DNA of 64,000 nucleotides from an uncultured delta proteobacterium (GCA_963699755.1 CAVOVB010000001.1:1728001-1792000), one strand, 5' to 3'; numbered from the stretch's first letter, positions 39,430-48,868 are shown. A program made the numbers and translations. Notes: generated by a model not told the origin, from the letters alone.

Positions 39430-40037
39430 TGGTCAGCTACGTCGAACTATTCATCAAGGCCGTCTTCGTCGAGAACCTCGCGCTTTCGTTCTTCCTCGGA
39501 ATGTGCACGTTCCTCGCGGTCTCCAAGCGGATCGAAACCGCGTTCGGCCTCGGGGCGGCGGTGGTCGGGGTGCAGCTCATCACCGTTCCGGCAAACACGT
39601 TCCTTTACAACTATGTCCTCAAAGAGGGCGCGCTCGCATGGGCGGGGCTCCCGGACATCGACCTGAGCTTCCTCGGCCTGGTCACCTATATCGGCGTCAT
39701 CGCCGCGATGGTGCAAATCCTCGAGATGGTGCTCGACAAGTATTTTCCGAGGCTCTTCCATGCGCTCGGCATCTACCTGCCTTTGATCACGGTGAACTGC
39801 GCGATCCTCGGCGGCAGCCTGTTTTCAGTGAGTCGTGACTACACGATGGGCGAGAGCGTCGTGTACGGAGTTGGGAGCGGATTTGGCTGGGCCTTGGCTC
39901 TGGTCGCGCTTGCGGGCATTCGGGAAAAGCTCAAGTACAGCGACGTGCCCGCGGGCCTCCAAGGCCTCGGGATCACCTTCATCATCGTCGGTCTGATGTC
40001 TTTGGGCTTCATGGCCTTTGCAGGGATTCAACTCTAG
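39429..40037 (+). CDS. nqrE: Na+-NQR subunit E
   Basis: [25 protein letters not shown]. Confidence 0.95.
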   Translation: MVSYVELFIKAVFVENLALSFFLGMCTFLAVSKRIETAFGLGAAVVGVQLITVPANTFLYNYVLKEGALAWAGLPDIDLSFLGLVTYIGVIAAMVQILEMVLDKYFPRLFHALGIYLPLITVNCAILGGSLFSVSRDYTMGESVVYGVGSGFGWALALVALAGIREKLKYSDVPAGLQGLGITFIIVGLMSLGFMAFAGIQL

Positions 40038-40049
40038 GAGGACAGGAGC

Positions 40050-41276
40050 GTGGCACTGCAAATCGTTCTGGCCGTCGCCGTCTTCACGGGCATCGTCGTC
40101 TCTCTGTCGGCGCTGATTTTAGCCGCGCGCTCGAAGCTCGTCGAAACCGGCGGCGTCCACATGCTGGTCAACGGCGACAAGGACTTCGAGGTATCCGCGG
40201 GCGCAAAGCTCTTGGTTGCCTTGGCGAAGACCGGCCTCTACCTGCCCGCAGGCTGCGGCGGCAAAGGGACTTGCGGTCAGTGCAGGGTGAAGGTTCTCCA
40301 TGGGGGAGGTCCGTTGCTTCCCACCGAAGAGTCGATGGTCTCACGCAATGAGGCGTCGCAGCACGTCCGGCTCGCCTGTCAGGTTTCGGTTCGAGAAGAC
40401 ATCCGCGTGGAAATCCCCGAGGAGGTCTTTGGTGTTCGGAAGTGGGAGTGCGAAGTGCGATCGACCCACGGCCTCAGCACCTTCATCAAAGAGATTTGCC
40501 TGGAGCTTCCGGCCGGCGAAGAGGTGCCGTTTCGGGCGGGCGGCTACATCCAGGTCGAGTGCCCGCCGTACGAGGCGAAGTTCTCCGATTTCGACATCGA
40601 GGGGGCGTACCGTGACACCTGGGATGAGTATAAGCTCTGGCGGTTCGAAGCGGGCTGCAAGGCCGAGACAACCCGCGCCTACTCGATGGCCAACTACCCG
40701 GAGGAAACCGGAATTATCCTCCTCAACATCGGCATCGCCCTGCCACCGCCGGGCGCGGGGCCGAATGTGCGGCCGGGCATCGTCTCGTCTTATCTGTTCA
40801 GCCTGAAGCCTGGAGACAAAGTCACGATCGCCGGACCCTACGGAGAGTTCTTCGCGAGGGAAACCGAAAACGAGATGGTGTTCATTGGGGGAGGCACGGG
40901 CATGGCGCCACTTCGGTCGCACATCTTCGATCAGCTCAAGCGCCTCAACACCCAGCGCAAGATTTCGTTCTGGTTCGGCGTTCGAAGCAAGCGCGACCTT
41001 TTCTATCACGAAGCGTTCCAGCGCCTGGCCGACGAGCACCCAAACTTCACCTACGTGGCGGCTCTTTCGGAGCCGAGAGACGACGACGGCTGGGAGGGCC
41101 CGACAGGCTTCATTCACCAGGTGGCGTACGACATGCACCTTCGTGATCACAAAGCCCCCGAGGACTGCGAATATTACATGTGCGGTCCACCCTTGATGAT
41201 CTCTGCGGTTCAAGCGATGCTCAGGGATCTCGGTGTTCCCGAGGAAAGCGTCATGTTCGACGATTTTGGGAGTTGA
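40050..41276 (+). CDS. nqrF: Na+-NQR subunit F
   Basis: CGGKGTCGQC...RLACQ, RAYSMAN, YYMCGPP, FDDFG. Confidence 0.95.
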   Translation: MALQIVLAVAVFTGIVVSLSALILAARSKLVETGGVHMLVNGDKDFEVSAGAKLLVALAKTGLYLPAGCGGKGTCGQCRVKVLHGGGPLLPTEESMVSRNEASQHVRLACQVSVREDIRVEIPEEVFGVRKWECEVRSTHGLSTFIKEICLELPAGEEVPFRAGGYIQVECPPYEAKFSDFDIEGAYRDTWDEYKLWRFEAGCKAETTRAYSMANYPEETGIILLNIGIALPPPGAGPNVRPGIVSSYLFSLKPGDKVTIAGPYGEFFARETENEMVFIGGGTGMAPLRSHIFDQLKRLNTQRKISFWFGVRSKRDLFYHEAFQRLADEHPNFTYVAALSEPRDDDGWEGPTGFIHQVAYDMHLRDHKAPEDCEYYMCGPPLMISAVQAMLRDLGVPEESVMFDDFGS

Positions 41277-41280
41277 AGGG

Positions 41281-41463
41281 ATGACCTATGTGCTCAGCTT
41301 CTTCGTGTTCGCGCTGGCCCTGAGCGGCTTGAGCGCCGGGCTGCTCCTCGGCAGGGGCGGGATTCGCGGCACATGTGGCGGGCTCAACAACCCCGACGGA
41401 ACGGGATGCGGGGCCTGCGGCCGAGCTGCAAGCGGTGACTGTCCGAGGAAACGAGACGCATGA
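41281..41463 (+). CDS. nqrM: Na+-NQR maturation factor NqrM
   Basis: single TM then IRGTCGGL...CGAC...C. Confidence 0.8.
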   Translation: MTYVLSFFVFALALSGLSAGLLLGRGGIRGTCGGLNNPDGTGCGACGRAASGDCPRKRDA

Positions 41464-41879
41464 GCCCGGTCAAAGAAATGCGGGTCCGTGACATCATGGT
41501 CAAAAAGCCCGTGGTCTTCACGAGCGACACCGATCTGCTCGACGCGGTTTCCATCTTGGTCGACAGGCGTATTACAGGAGCCCCTGTGGTCGACGCGCGC
41601 GGAAACCTCATCGGCCTTCTCACCGAGCGTGACTTCTTGAGAGCCGCCCTGGTCGCCGGATATCACGGGGAGCGTGGAGGATGCGTCGGGGACTACATGT
41701 CTCGCGACGTCGAAGCCGTGAACGCGGACGACAGCCTACTCGACATCGCCACGCGCTTCGTCGAAACGAAACGCAGGCGGTACCCGGTCATCGAAGACAA
41801 CCGGGTCGTCGGCGTGGTCGTGAGAAGAGACGTGCTGCGTGCCGTGATCCGCGCCTTTGATCTGCCTCCGTCGCGGTGA
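41460..41879 (+). CDS. CBS-pair domain protein
   Basis: VRDIMV, TGAPVVD, GLLTERD, RYPVI; overlaps nqrM stop. Confidence 0.9.
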   Translation: MSPVKEMRVRDIMVKKPVVFTSDTDLLDAVSILVDRRITGAPVVDARGNLIGLLTERDFLRAALVAGYHGERGGCVGDYMSRDVEAVNADDSLLDIATRFVETKRRRYPVIEDNRVVGVVVRRDVLRAVIRAFDLPPSR

Positions 41880-41930
41880 ACAAATACGTATTGAAGGTGG
41901 TGTAAGACCCTGCCACAGTGCCTCCCGCCA

Positions 41931-43007
41931 ATGGACCCGGTTACTTCAGACGCGATCGATCTCATCGAAGTCGCCTACGACCTCGAGAAGTCGGACGCCG
42001 ATTGGCTTTCTGGCCTGATGGACGCGGCGGCGCCGATGATCGATCAAGGCCATGGTATGTTTGGCTTTGCCTTCGTTCACGGGCCAGGCGGCGGAGGCCG
42101 AGATGCGGTCATTCAGGACATGCAGCTCCGGTCGCTTCCGTCCGATTTCCAGGAGCGATTCATCGCTGCCACCCAAGCGCTGTCCCCCGAGTTCGTACGA
42201 GCGGTCACGCCTCCGGGCTATGCCGGGATCTGGAGCGAGATCGCACGCGATCATCCCAAAGAGCTGCAGGCTCTTCTCGAAAAGCTCGGCTGGGTGGACG
42301 TGTTTGGCATGACCGCGATCGACCCGGACGGCGTCGGAGTCGACATCAGCGCGCCGCTCCAGGAGACCATGAAGCTCAGCCGCAAGTCGCGGGAGCGCTG
42401 GCAGATGCTCGGCGCCCACATCGCCTCCGCCTATCGTCTTCGTCGTGCGTTGATTCGTAGTGAAGGCGAATTGGACAACGATGCTCATGAGCTTCCGTTG
42501 GGCGCCGAGGCGGTGCTCGACGCACGTGATCTCCGTATCGTCGACGCCATCGGGCTTGCCAAGGACCGCAACGCCGGGGAGATCTTGCGGAGGGCTGCGC
42601 GGCGTGTCGACAAAGCGCGCGGAACGCTACGCAAAGACGACCCGCGCAAAGCGCTGGAAACCTGGAAGGCGCTCGTGAGCGGACGTTGGAGCGTGGTGGA
42701 CTGGTTCGACGGCGATGGTCGGCGCTTCGTGCTTGCGAAGCCCAATCCGCCGAAGGTGTTCGACCCTCGTGGGCTGAGCGAGCAGGAATGCCAGGTCGTC
42801 ACCTACGTTCTTCTCGGCGATACGAACAAGCTCATCGCTTATCGCCTCGGTCTGTCACAGGGTCGTGTCTCGGTCCTGCTGAAGTCCGCGATGCACAAGC
42901 TCGGTGCGAAGAGCAAGGCGCAGCTGGTTCAGAAGCTCGGGCCTCTCGGCGTTCCTACGTTCACGAACGGCGAGTGGGTGGCCGAGCTCGCGATCGCCGC
43001 GTCTTAG
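41931..43007 (+). CDS. LuxR-type HTH transcriptional regulator
   Basis: C-terminal LSEQECQV...NKLIAYRLGLS...MHKLG. Confidence 0.85.
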   Translation: MDPVTSDAIDLIEVAYDLEKSDADWLSGLMDAAAPMIDQGHGMFGFAFVHGPGGGGRDAVIQDMQLRSLPSDFQERFIAATQALSPEFVRAVTPPGYAGIWSEIARDHPKELQALLEKLGWVDVFGMTAIDPDGVGVDISAPLQETMKLSRKSRERWQMLGAHIASAYRLRRALIRSEGELDNDAHELPLGAEAVLDARDLRIVDAIGLAKDRNAGEILRRAARRVDKARGTLRKDDPRKALETWKALVSGRWSVVDWFDGDGRRFVLAKPNPPKVFDPRGLSEQECQVVTYVLLGDTNKLIAYRLGLSQGRVSVLLKSAMHKLGAKSKAQLVQKLGPLGVPTFTNGEWVAELAIAAS

Positions 43008-43810
43008 TCCTCGAGTGCTTGCCGTCCTCGGCGCTCAGCAGCGTCCATGCCCCAGGAAAGCAGGCCCGGAAACAAGCCGATGAAGCGGATCAACTTGCCG
43101 CGCGCATTGGGCACCAGAATTTCGCTGCGTGGGTCCCGAATTGCGTCGACGATGGCCGCCGCAACTTTCTCCGGAGCCATGGGTTTCTCGGTGAAGACGA
43201 CGACGCCGGCGCGGCGCTTTCGCATGCTCTCCAACATCGGTGTTTCAACGGCGTTTGGGCAGACCACCGTCCAATGAATCGGAGCGTGCCGGTGATCGAG
43301 CGCGCAGCTGTGGGTATAGGCGCGCACGGCGTGTTTGGTCGCACAATACGTCGCCAGCTCCGGGGCCGGCGCGAACGCTGCCATGCTGGCGACGTTGATC
43401 ACGTGACCGCGTTGCCGCGCGAGGAATCGAGGCAGGATGGTGCGCACGCCATTCATCACACCGATGAGGTTCACTTCGACCGTCAGGCGGTCATCCTCGG
43501 CGGACACCTGATCACAGGGCCCTGGCAGACAGATCCCCGCATTGTTGATCAGGACGTCGATCGGACCCCCTTGCTTTTCAGCGTCGTCGACGACTTTCTT
43601 CCAAGCCGTGAGGTCGCGTACGTCGAGGACGGCCGTCTCGATGCAGGGGAGCCCTTCGCGCAGCCGGAAAAGCGCTTCGATGTCGATGTCGACCGCAATC
43701 ACACGGTGGCCCGCCTCGACGCAAAGCCGCGCAATCGCGGCGCCGATGCCTTTGCCTGCGCCGGTGACGAGGGTTCGCTTCGGCGCTTCGTTCCTTGCTG
43801 CCTGGCTCAT
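43004..43810 (-). CDS. short-chain dehydrogenase/reductase
   Basis: TGAGKGIG, NNAG, YCATK. Confidence 0.92.
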   Translation of the reverse strand: MSQAARNEAPKRTLVTGAGKGIGAAIARLCVEAGHRVIAVDIDIEALFRLREGLPCIETAVLDVRDLTAWKKVVDDAEKQGGPIDVLINNAGICLPGPCDQVSAEDDRLTVEVNLIGVMNGVRTILPRFLARQRGHVINVASMAAFAPAPELATYCATKHAVRAYTHSCALDHRHAPIHWTVVCPNAVETPMLESMRKRRAGVVVFTEKPMAPEKVAAAIVDAIRDPRSEILVPNARGKLIRFIGLFPGLLSWGMDAAERRGRQALED

Positions 43811-44676
43811 GCCCATGGGCCCCACTTGTACATCTTCAGCAAGAGTCTGTCGGCCATTCGATCGGGTAGGGCGCCGAACATGCGCGCCGCGGTTCGCGCG
43901 CCCTTCGGGACGAAGTAGCGTGTCTTCGGGGACGGAGCCGTGGCTGCTTGGACCACGGCGTTGCCAACCTCCTCGGGAGAAACGGCGCTCTTGAGCTGAT
44001 CGGTGACAAATGCATCCAAATCTTCCATCAGCTGTCGGTAAGGATTGCCCGGATCATTGCGCAGGTGTTGCCCAGCCGCCCGAGACTTGTCGAAGGTCGG
44101 GGTATCGACGAAACCGGGCACGATCACGCTCAGTTTGATGTTCCAGGGCGAGAGCTCGAGCCGCATGCAGGCCGTGAGGGCTTCCATGCCGCCTTTGGTG
44201 GCGGCGTATGCCGACGCGAGCGGTGCGCCTACGTATCGGGTCAGCGAGCTGATGTTGATGATCCGCCCACCGCCCTGCTCGCGCATCGTCGGTGTCAGCT
44301 CCGCGATCAGTTGCATTCCCGAGAGCAGGTTCACATCGAACACATGCCGCATCCCTTCGCGATCCATCTGCTCGAGCGCGTAGGAAGGGCCGTATCCGGC
44401 GTTGTTGACCAGGACGTCTACCCGGCCAAACGCATCGAGCGCTCTTTGCACCAGCGCCGACGTCTGCTCGGCGTCGCTCAGGTCGGTGGGCACGCTCAGG
44501 GCCGTGCCTCCGTCTGCGCGGATGCGAGTGGCGAGTTGATCGAGCAGCTCTGCGCGGCGGGCGGCAACGACCACCGAATAGCCCGCTTTGGCCAGGCAAT
44601 GCGCAGTCGCCTCACCAATGCCAGACGATGCGCCTGTGACGATCGCCACACGCAATGGGTTCTCTTTCTCGCTCAT
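43807..44676 (-). CDS. short-chain dehydrogenase/reductase
   Basis: TGASSGIG, NNAG, YAATK. Confidence 0.92.
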   Translation of the reverse strand: MSEKENPLRVAIVTGASSGIGEATAHCLAKAGYSVVVAARRAELLDQLATRIRADGGTALSVPTDLSDAEQTSALVQRALDAFGRVDVLVNNAGYGPSYALEQMDREGMRHVFDVNLLSGMQLIAELTPTMREQGGGRIINISSLTRYVGAPLASAYAATKGGMEALTACMRLELSPWNIKLSVIVPGFVDTPTFDKSRAAGQHLRNDPGNPYRQLMEDLDAFVTDQLKSAVSPEEVGNAVVQAATAPSPKTRYFVPKGARTAARMFGALPDRMADRLLLKMYKWGPWA

Positions 44677-44768
44677 TCGCTCTCCGAGTTTTGCCGCCTA
44701 TGGAGGGGCGTGCTACTCGACGCAACGCGACGCGATGCCTGTAGCGCCTCCCCACCGAACCCGCATCG

Positions 44769-45971
44769 ATGCGCGTCCTCAACCGTGTGGGACCCGTCTT
44801 GGCGCCCGGATGGCCTTCGCTCGACCCCGACCGGATCATTCGCGCGGCGTCGGACGCTGCAGAATCCGAAGAAATCGGCGATCCACATTTCCTCGAGGCG
44901 ATCCCGGTGTTTTTTGACGCCATCGCGCGCGAAGCCGACTTGAGTTGGCTCGGCCGCGTGATGTGTCGTCAGTCGCTGCTGGGCTTTCTCCAAAATCGAT
45001 TCAGCGTCTACCGGCATCGCGCCGCATATCCCGAGCTCGCCGGGGTTCCGATCGAGCGTCCCCTCTTCATCGTGGGGTTCCCGCGCACGGGGACGACGAT
45101 TCTCTTCAACCTGCTTGCCCAGGACCCTTCAAACCGGGTGCCGTTGGGTTGGGAGGTGCAATTCCCTGATCCGCCGCCACAAAGCGTGACGTACCGAAGC
45201 GACGCCCGCATCCCAAAAGCTCGCACGTATTTCGGTCACATGGATACGATGGCGCCGTCTCTCGCGTCGATCCACGAAGTGGGCGCGGAGCTTCCACAGG
45301 AATGCATGCCCATCCTTGCGCAAAGCATGCTCGGGCCTCAGTTCAACGTGACCTTCAACGTGCCGAGCTACCAAGCTTGGGTCGACGCGCAGAGTCACGC
45401 TCCCGCCTACAAGTTTCATCGGCACTACCTCGAACACCTGCAAAGCAGGCACATGAAGGACCGATGGGTGCTCAAGAGCCCGGTGCACCTGCGCTCGCTG
45501 GACGCCCTGCTCACCGAGTACCCCGACGCGCGGATCATTTTCACGCATCGCGACCCGGCGAAAACCGTTCCTTCGCTCGCAAGTCTCTTCTACGTCATTC
45601 GTGGAATGGCTAGCGATTCGGTCGATCCAATCGCGCTCGGGCAACAGCAGATGCACTGGTGGGCGGATTCGCTCGACCTGGCGACCGCAGTGCGGAAGAA
45701 GCGTGGGGACAAGTCCGAACAGTTCGTGGACATTCAGTTCGAAGAGGTGGTCGCCGACCCGGTTGCCTCCCTCGGGCGCGCCTACGATCAATTTGGCATG
45801 CCTTGGTCCAGCGACGTCGAACGGCGCATGCGCGCGTTTCTCGCGAATAATCCGCGTGGCAAGCACGGCTCGCACCAATACGCAATCGAAGACTTCGGCA
45901 TGACGCTCGGCCAGATTCGCCAGCGTTTCGAGGGCTACTGCGAGACCCACGACGTCCCGCTCGTCGTCTAG
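44769..45971 (+). CDS. sulfotransferase family protein
   Basis: PAPS loop GFPRTGTT, WVLKSP, THRDP. Confidence 0.9.
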   Translation: MRVLNRVGPVLAPGWPSLDPDRIIRAASDAAESEEIGDPHFLEAIPVFFDAIAREADLSWLGRVMCRQSLLGFLQNRFSVYRHRAAYPELAGVPIERPLFIVGFPRTGTTILFNLLAQDPSNRVPLGWEVQFPDPPPQSVTYRSDARIPKARTYFGHMDTMAPSLASIHEVGAELPQECMPILAQSMLGPQFNVTFNVPSYQAWVDAQSHAPAYKFHRHYLEHLQSRHMKDRWVLKSPVHLRSLDALLTEYPDARIIFTHRDPAKTVPSLASLFYVIRGMASDSVDPIALGQQQMHWWADSLDLATAVRKKRGDKSEQFVDIQFEEVVADPVASLGRAYDQFGMPWSSDVERRMRAFLANNPRGKHGSHQYAIEDFGMTLGQIRQRFEGYCETHDVPLVV

Positions 45972-45979
45972 CGAAGGAT

Positions 45980-47005
45980 TTAGTCCAGCGCCTGGAAGTC
46001 ACCCATCCGCTTCACCAGCTGCGCGCGGGTACGAAGCCCCAGTTTGCGCATGGAGCTCCGGAGGAGCGTCGAAATACGAGACCTCGACAGGCCCAGGCGA
46101 TAGGCGATCATCTTGTTGCTGTGGCCGAGCACCGCATAGGATACGACCTGGCGTTCGCGTTCGCTGAGGCCCCGCGGGTCGGTGACATCCGGCGAGTTCG
46201 GGATCGCCAAGACAAACCGCCTCCGGTCGGTATCGAACCAGTCGACCATCGACCAGCGCCCCCGGACCAAGGCCCTCCAGATTTCGAGCGCATTGTCGGG
46301 ATCGGTGTTTCGCATCTTTCCGCGCGCGCGATCCACCGCGACCGCCGCATCGCGGAGCCTCTTTGCGGTCGTTCGATTCCTTGCAGGCCCGACCGCATCG
46401 GTGAGCCGGAAGTTGCCGGCGTCGACGATTGCCTCGGCGTCGTGCGGCAAGGCTTGTTTGCTTTCTCGCTCCGCGTCTCCATCGGCAATCCCCTGCCGCA
46501 GTCGATGTCCGGCTTCGACGTGCGCCGCGAGCATCTGCCACCGCTGCGCCTCTTGCTGTGGCAGCGTCGTGACTTCTGGGAGAGGTGCGACGACCGCCAC
46601 GCCGACGCCTCCCGGGTCGACCGCCGTCAGAAACAGCACGTCCTTGCAGTAGTCGACGTGCGAGATGTAGTGGGCGAGCTGCCCAGGGTCATCCTTGCAG
46701 TACTCCGACCCCGTCGTTGCGGCTCCGGGGCGCAGTTGCGTCCGGAGCAGCTCCGGATCGGTGGTCGACAGAGCACGCAGGTGCCGCTCGGCGAAGTCCT
46801 TGGGTCCCGACGCAACGTGCACGTCGCGGAGCTCCACCCCCCCTGCATCGGTAGGACGGCCATACTCGTAGCCCGCGACGCCGAGGCCGTGGTCGAGGAT
46901 CGGTAGGCCGCGTTTCAGCAGCTTCGGAAGCCATTCCTGGTCGCTTTGCTCGAGGTCGTACGCGGCCTCGGTGAAGTCGATGATGGCCGAGGCTACGCGG
47001 TCCAT
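45980..47005 (-). CDS. LuxR-type HTH transcriptional regulator (paralogue of 41931-43007)
   Basis: GRWSMVDWFD...RGLSERERQV...NKMIAYRLGLS. Confidence 0.85.
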   Translation of the reverse strand: MDRVASAIIDFTEAAYDLEQSDQEWLPKLLKRGLPILDHGLGVAGYEYGRPTDAGGVELRDVHVASGPKDFAERHLRALSTTDPELLRTQLRPGAATTGSEYCKDDPGQLAHYISHVDYCKDVLFLTAVDPGGVGVAVVAPLPEVTTLPQQEAQRWQMLAAHVEAGHRLRQGIADGDAERESKQALPHDAEAIVDAGNFRLTDAVGPARNRTTAKRLRDAAVAVDRARGKMRNTDPDNALEIWRALVRGRWSMVDWFDTDRRRFVLAIPNSPDVTDPRGLSERERQVVSYAVLGHSNKMIAYRLGLSRSRISTLLRSSMRKLGLRTRAQLVKRMGDFQALD

Positions 47006-47174
47006 GCCTCAGCCTCCGGCTGCTTGGGGCCTGTTGAAGGAGGCCCACATTGACTTACAAGCATCTTCGCAGAATCGCGGAGACTGGCGGCACGGTCCAT
47101 AAGTAATTGTTTGCCGCCCGCCTAGTTGTAGAACTGGAAGTTTGCGTTCCGGCTACATCTGGGCAGCACGGCAG

Positions 47175-47363
47175 TCAGCGCTCTTCTTGCTCGAAGGGAT
47201 TCAGGAGCTCGTTGTCGTCGAGGCTCCAGGCCGCGGAGTCCGAAGTCTCGTAGAAGGTCGTGATATCAACGTCAGCGATGCGGGGGAAGATGTCCTCCCA
47301 GGGGTCCACGAGCGGGTCGCTCCCCAGCAGCGAAACCCAAGCCATCATCGCGAGCGCGGTCAC
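47175..47363 (-). CDS. small acidic hypothetical protein
   Basis: GTG start with AGGAAGG SD; hydrophobic N-terminus. Confidence 0.4.
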   Translation of the reverse strand: MTALAMMAWVSLLGSDPLVDPWEDIFPRIADVDITTFYETSDSAAWSLDDNELLNPFEQEER

Positions 47364-47463
47364 AGTGGCCTTCCTCCTATCCTTTTCAGGGTAGCGTCTC
47401 GACCGCTGAACGCCTGTATGAAACCTCGCAGTTCGTGCGGAAAGAGATGCCCGAAGGTTGCGG

Positions 47464-47535
47464 AGCGGGCGACGGGATTCGAACCCGCGACAACCTGCTT
47501 GGGAAGCAGGAACTCTACCACTGAGTTACACCCGC
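47464..47535 (-). tRNA. tRNA-Gly (anticodon CCC); CCA not encoded
   Basis: GCGGGTG acceptor, D arm ACTC-AGTGGTA-GAGT, CCTGC-TTCCCAA-GCAGG, GGTTCGAATCC; followed by CCG. Confidence 0.96.
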
Positions 47536-47547
47536 AAAGAGGTGGAA

Positions 47548-47576
47548 GAACTAGCCCTGCTTGCTCGAGCCGTCAA
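47548..47576 (-). promoter_or_regulatory. putative sigma-70 promoter of tRNA-Gly
   Basis: TTGACG-17-TAGTTC. Confidence 0.55.
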
Positions 47577-47617
47577 GCAAGGGCGCCGCGGGGACGGAGC
47601 CCTCACCCGGCGGTCGT

Positions 47618-48442
47618 CTAAGGGGTGTGAACGAGCGGCAGTCCGTTCGAGCCAACGGGAATGTAGACTGTCGTGTGGTTTGGCGCGCTCGCCATGCTGC
47701 GCTGGGCTTGGATCGCTTCGTGCTGCAGGTAATTCGGAGTCAGTGTCGCGTTGATGATCTTTTGCGCTGCGGCAATGCCCTTGGCTTCTTCGACTCGGAT
47801 TTCCGCGTCGCGCTGCGCGATCTCCCGCTGTGTTTGCTTTTCTTCGAGCAGCTGCTTCGCTGCGAGCTTCTTTTCGACCGCTTGCGAGACCACTGCCGGG
47901 TAGTCGATGTTACCAACCGCCAGCCGAACGACCTCGAACGGCGCGTTCTCTAGGTACGCGCCCACGGCAGCTTCGATCGAGGTTGCGATATCGTCGCGCT
48001 CCGACTTGAGCTCGCGGCTCGAGTACTCCTGGACGGATTGACGCACGATGGTTCGAAACGGTTCTTTGACGAATCGCTCGTACCATTGTGGTCCGCCGAA
48101 TGCCTCCACGACCGACCGAACCTGGCCCTGTTGGACCTTCATCACGGCGTGGACGTCGAACGCTACGTTGAGGTCGTCCTTGACGAGGATGCTGAACTGC
48201 TCGGTATAGGTGGTGGGCCGCGTGTCGATGTTAATGCTTCGGTTCCGAAACGCGCTGATCCCGTAGTTCCCCGGGCCCTGCACGACGCCACGGAAGCCGC
48301 CCTCGCCGATGATGCGCGGTTCTTCGAAGACGTAGCCTTCATGGCCCGCCGGGGCATGCGGGTTCGTACAGGCGACGAGTCCGAGCGTGGCAGCCATCAC
48401 GGAGGTGAGTCCGATGATGAGGGTGATGATGATGCGGCGCAT
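47618..48442 (-). CDS. SPFH/prohibitin domain protein (possible lipoprotein)
   Basis: LVAC lipobox, band-7 core, EAKGIAAAQ coiled coil. Confidence 0.88.
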   Translation of the reverse strand: MRRIIITLIIGLTSVMAATLGLVACTNPHAPAGHEGYVFEEPRIIGEGGFRGVVQGPGNYGISAFRNRSINIDTRPTTYTEQFSILVKDDLNVAFDVHAVMKVQQGQVRSVVEAFGGPQWYERFVKEPFRTIVRQSVQEYSSRELKSERDDIATSIEAAVGAYLENAPFEVVRLAVGNIDYPAVVSQAVEKKLAAKQLLEEKQTQREIAQRDAEIRVEEAKGIAAAQKIINATLTPNYLQHEAIQAQRSMASAPNHTTVYIPVGSNGLPLVHTP

Positions 48443-48565
48443 GATGACCTCCTTGATTGCTGTGCTCTTGATTTCTTATATCATAAAGCATAAGTTTATA
48501 TATACAAGCATATGTTTGTACTTTTGTATATTTTGGTGTACAAGTGCACAAATCCGGAGGGACGC

Positions 48566-48859
48566 ATGACCGAGGAGTTTCGACGCATCAGCCTGATGAT
48601 CCGGGAGGATCAGCACGTTCGGCTTCTGGAGCTCGGCGTAAACATGAGTGGGCTCGTTCGCAGCCTGATCGACGATCACCTGAGCGAATCGAAGATTACA
48701 CTCGCCGTCTCCGAAGAGACGTCACACCTGTACCAGCAGATCGTCTCGCATTCGGGCAGCACGGACGCCGACATCGAGCCCTACCTGCGCGCGGCACTCA
48801 AGAGAATGCTCAAAGATCGGATCGCCCAAATGGAAAAGCTCCACCGCTCGATCAAATAG
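48566..48859 (+). CDS. small putative DNA-binding protein, tandem ribbon-helix-helix-like
   Basis: RISLMI-helix-GVNMS-helix followed by KITLAV-helix-helix; GGAGG SD. Confidence 0.55.
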   Translation: MTEEFRRISLMIREDQHVRLLELGVNMSGLVRSLIDDHLSESKITLAVSEETSHLYQQIVSHSGSTDADIEPYLRAALKRMLKDRIAQMEKLHRSIK

Positions 48860-48868
48860 AGACGCTCG

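Noticed and set aside
44673..45017. 114-aa minus-strand ORF upstream of the SDR genes
   Set aside because: Overlaps the sulfotransferase antisense; no recognisable features
47461..47463. tRNA ending CCG as a pseudo-tRNA sign
   Set aside because: Cloverleaf and promoter are intact; many bacteria add CCA enzymatically
41931..47535. Integrative island or composite transposon at the tRNA-Gly 3' end
   Set aside because: No integrase or transposase and no duplicated tRNA end seen; flanking paralogues are regulators
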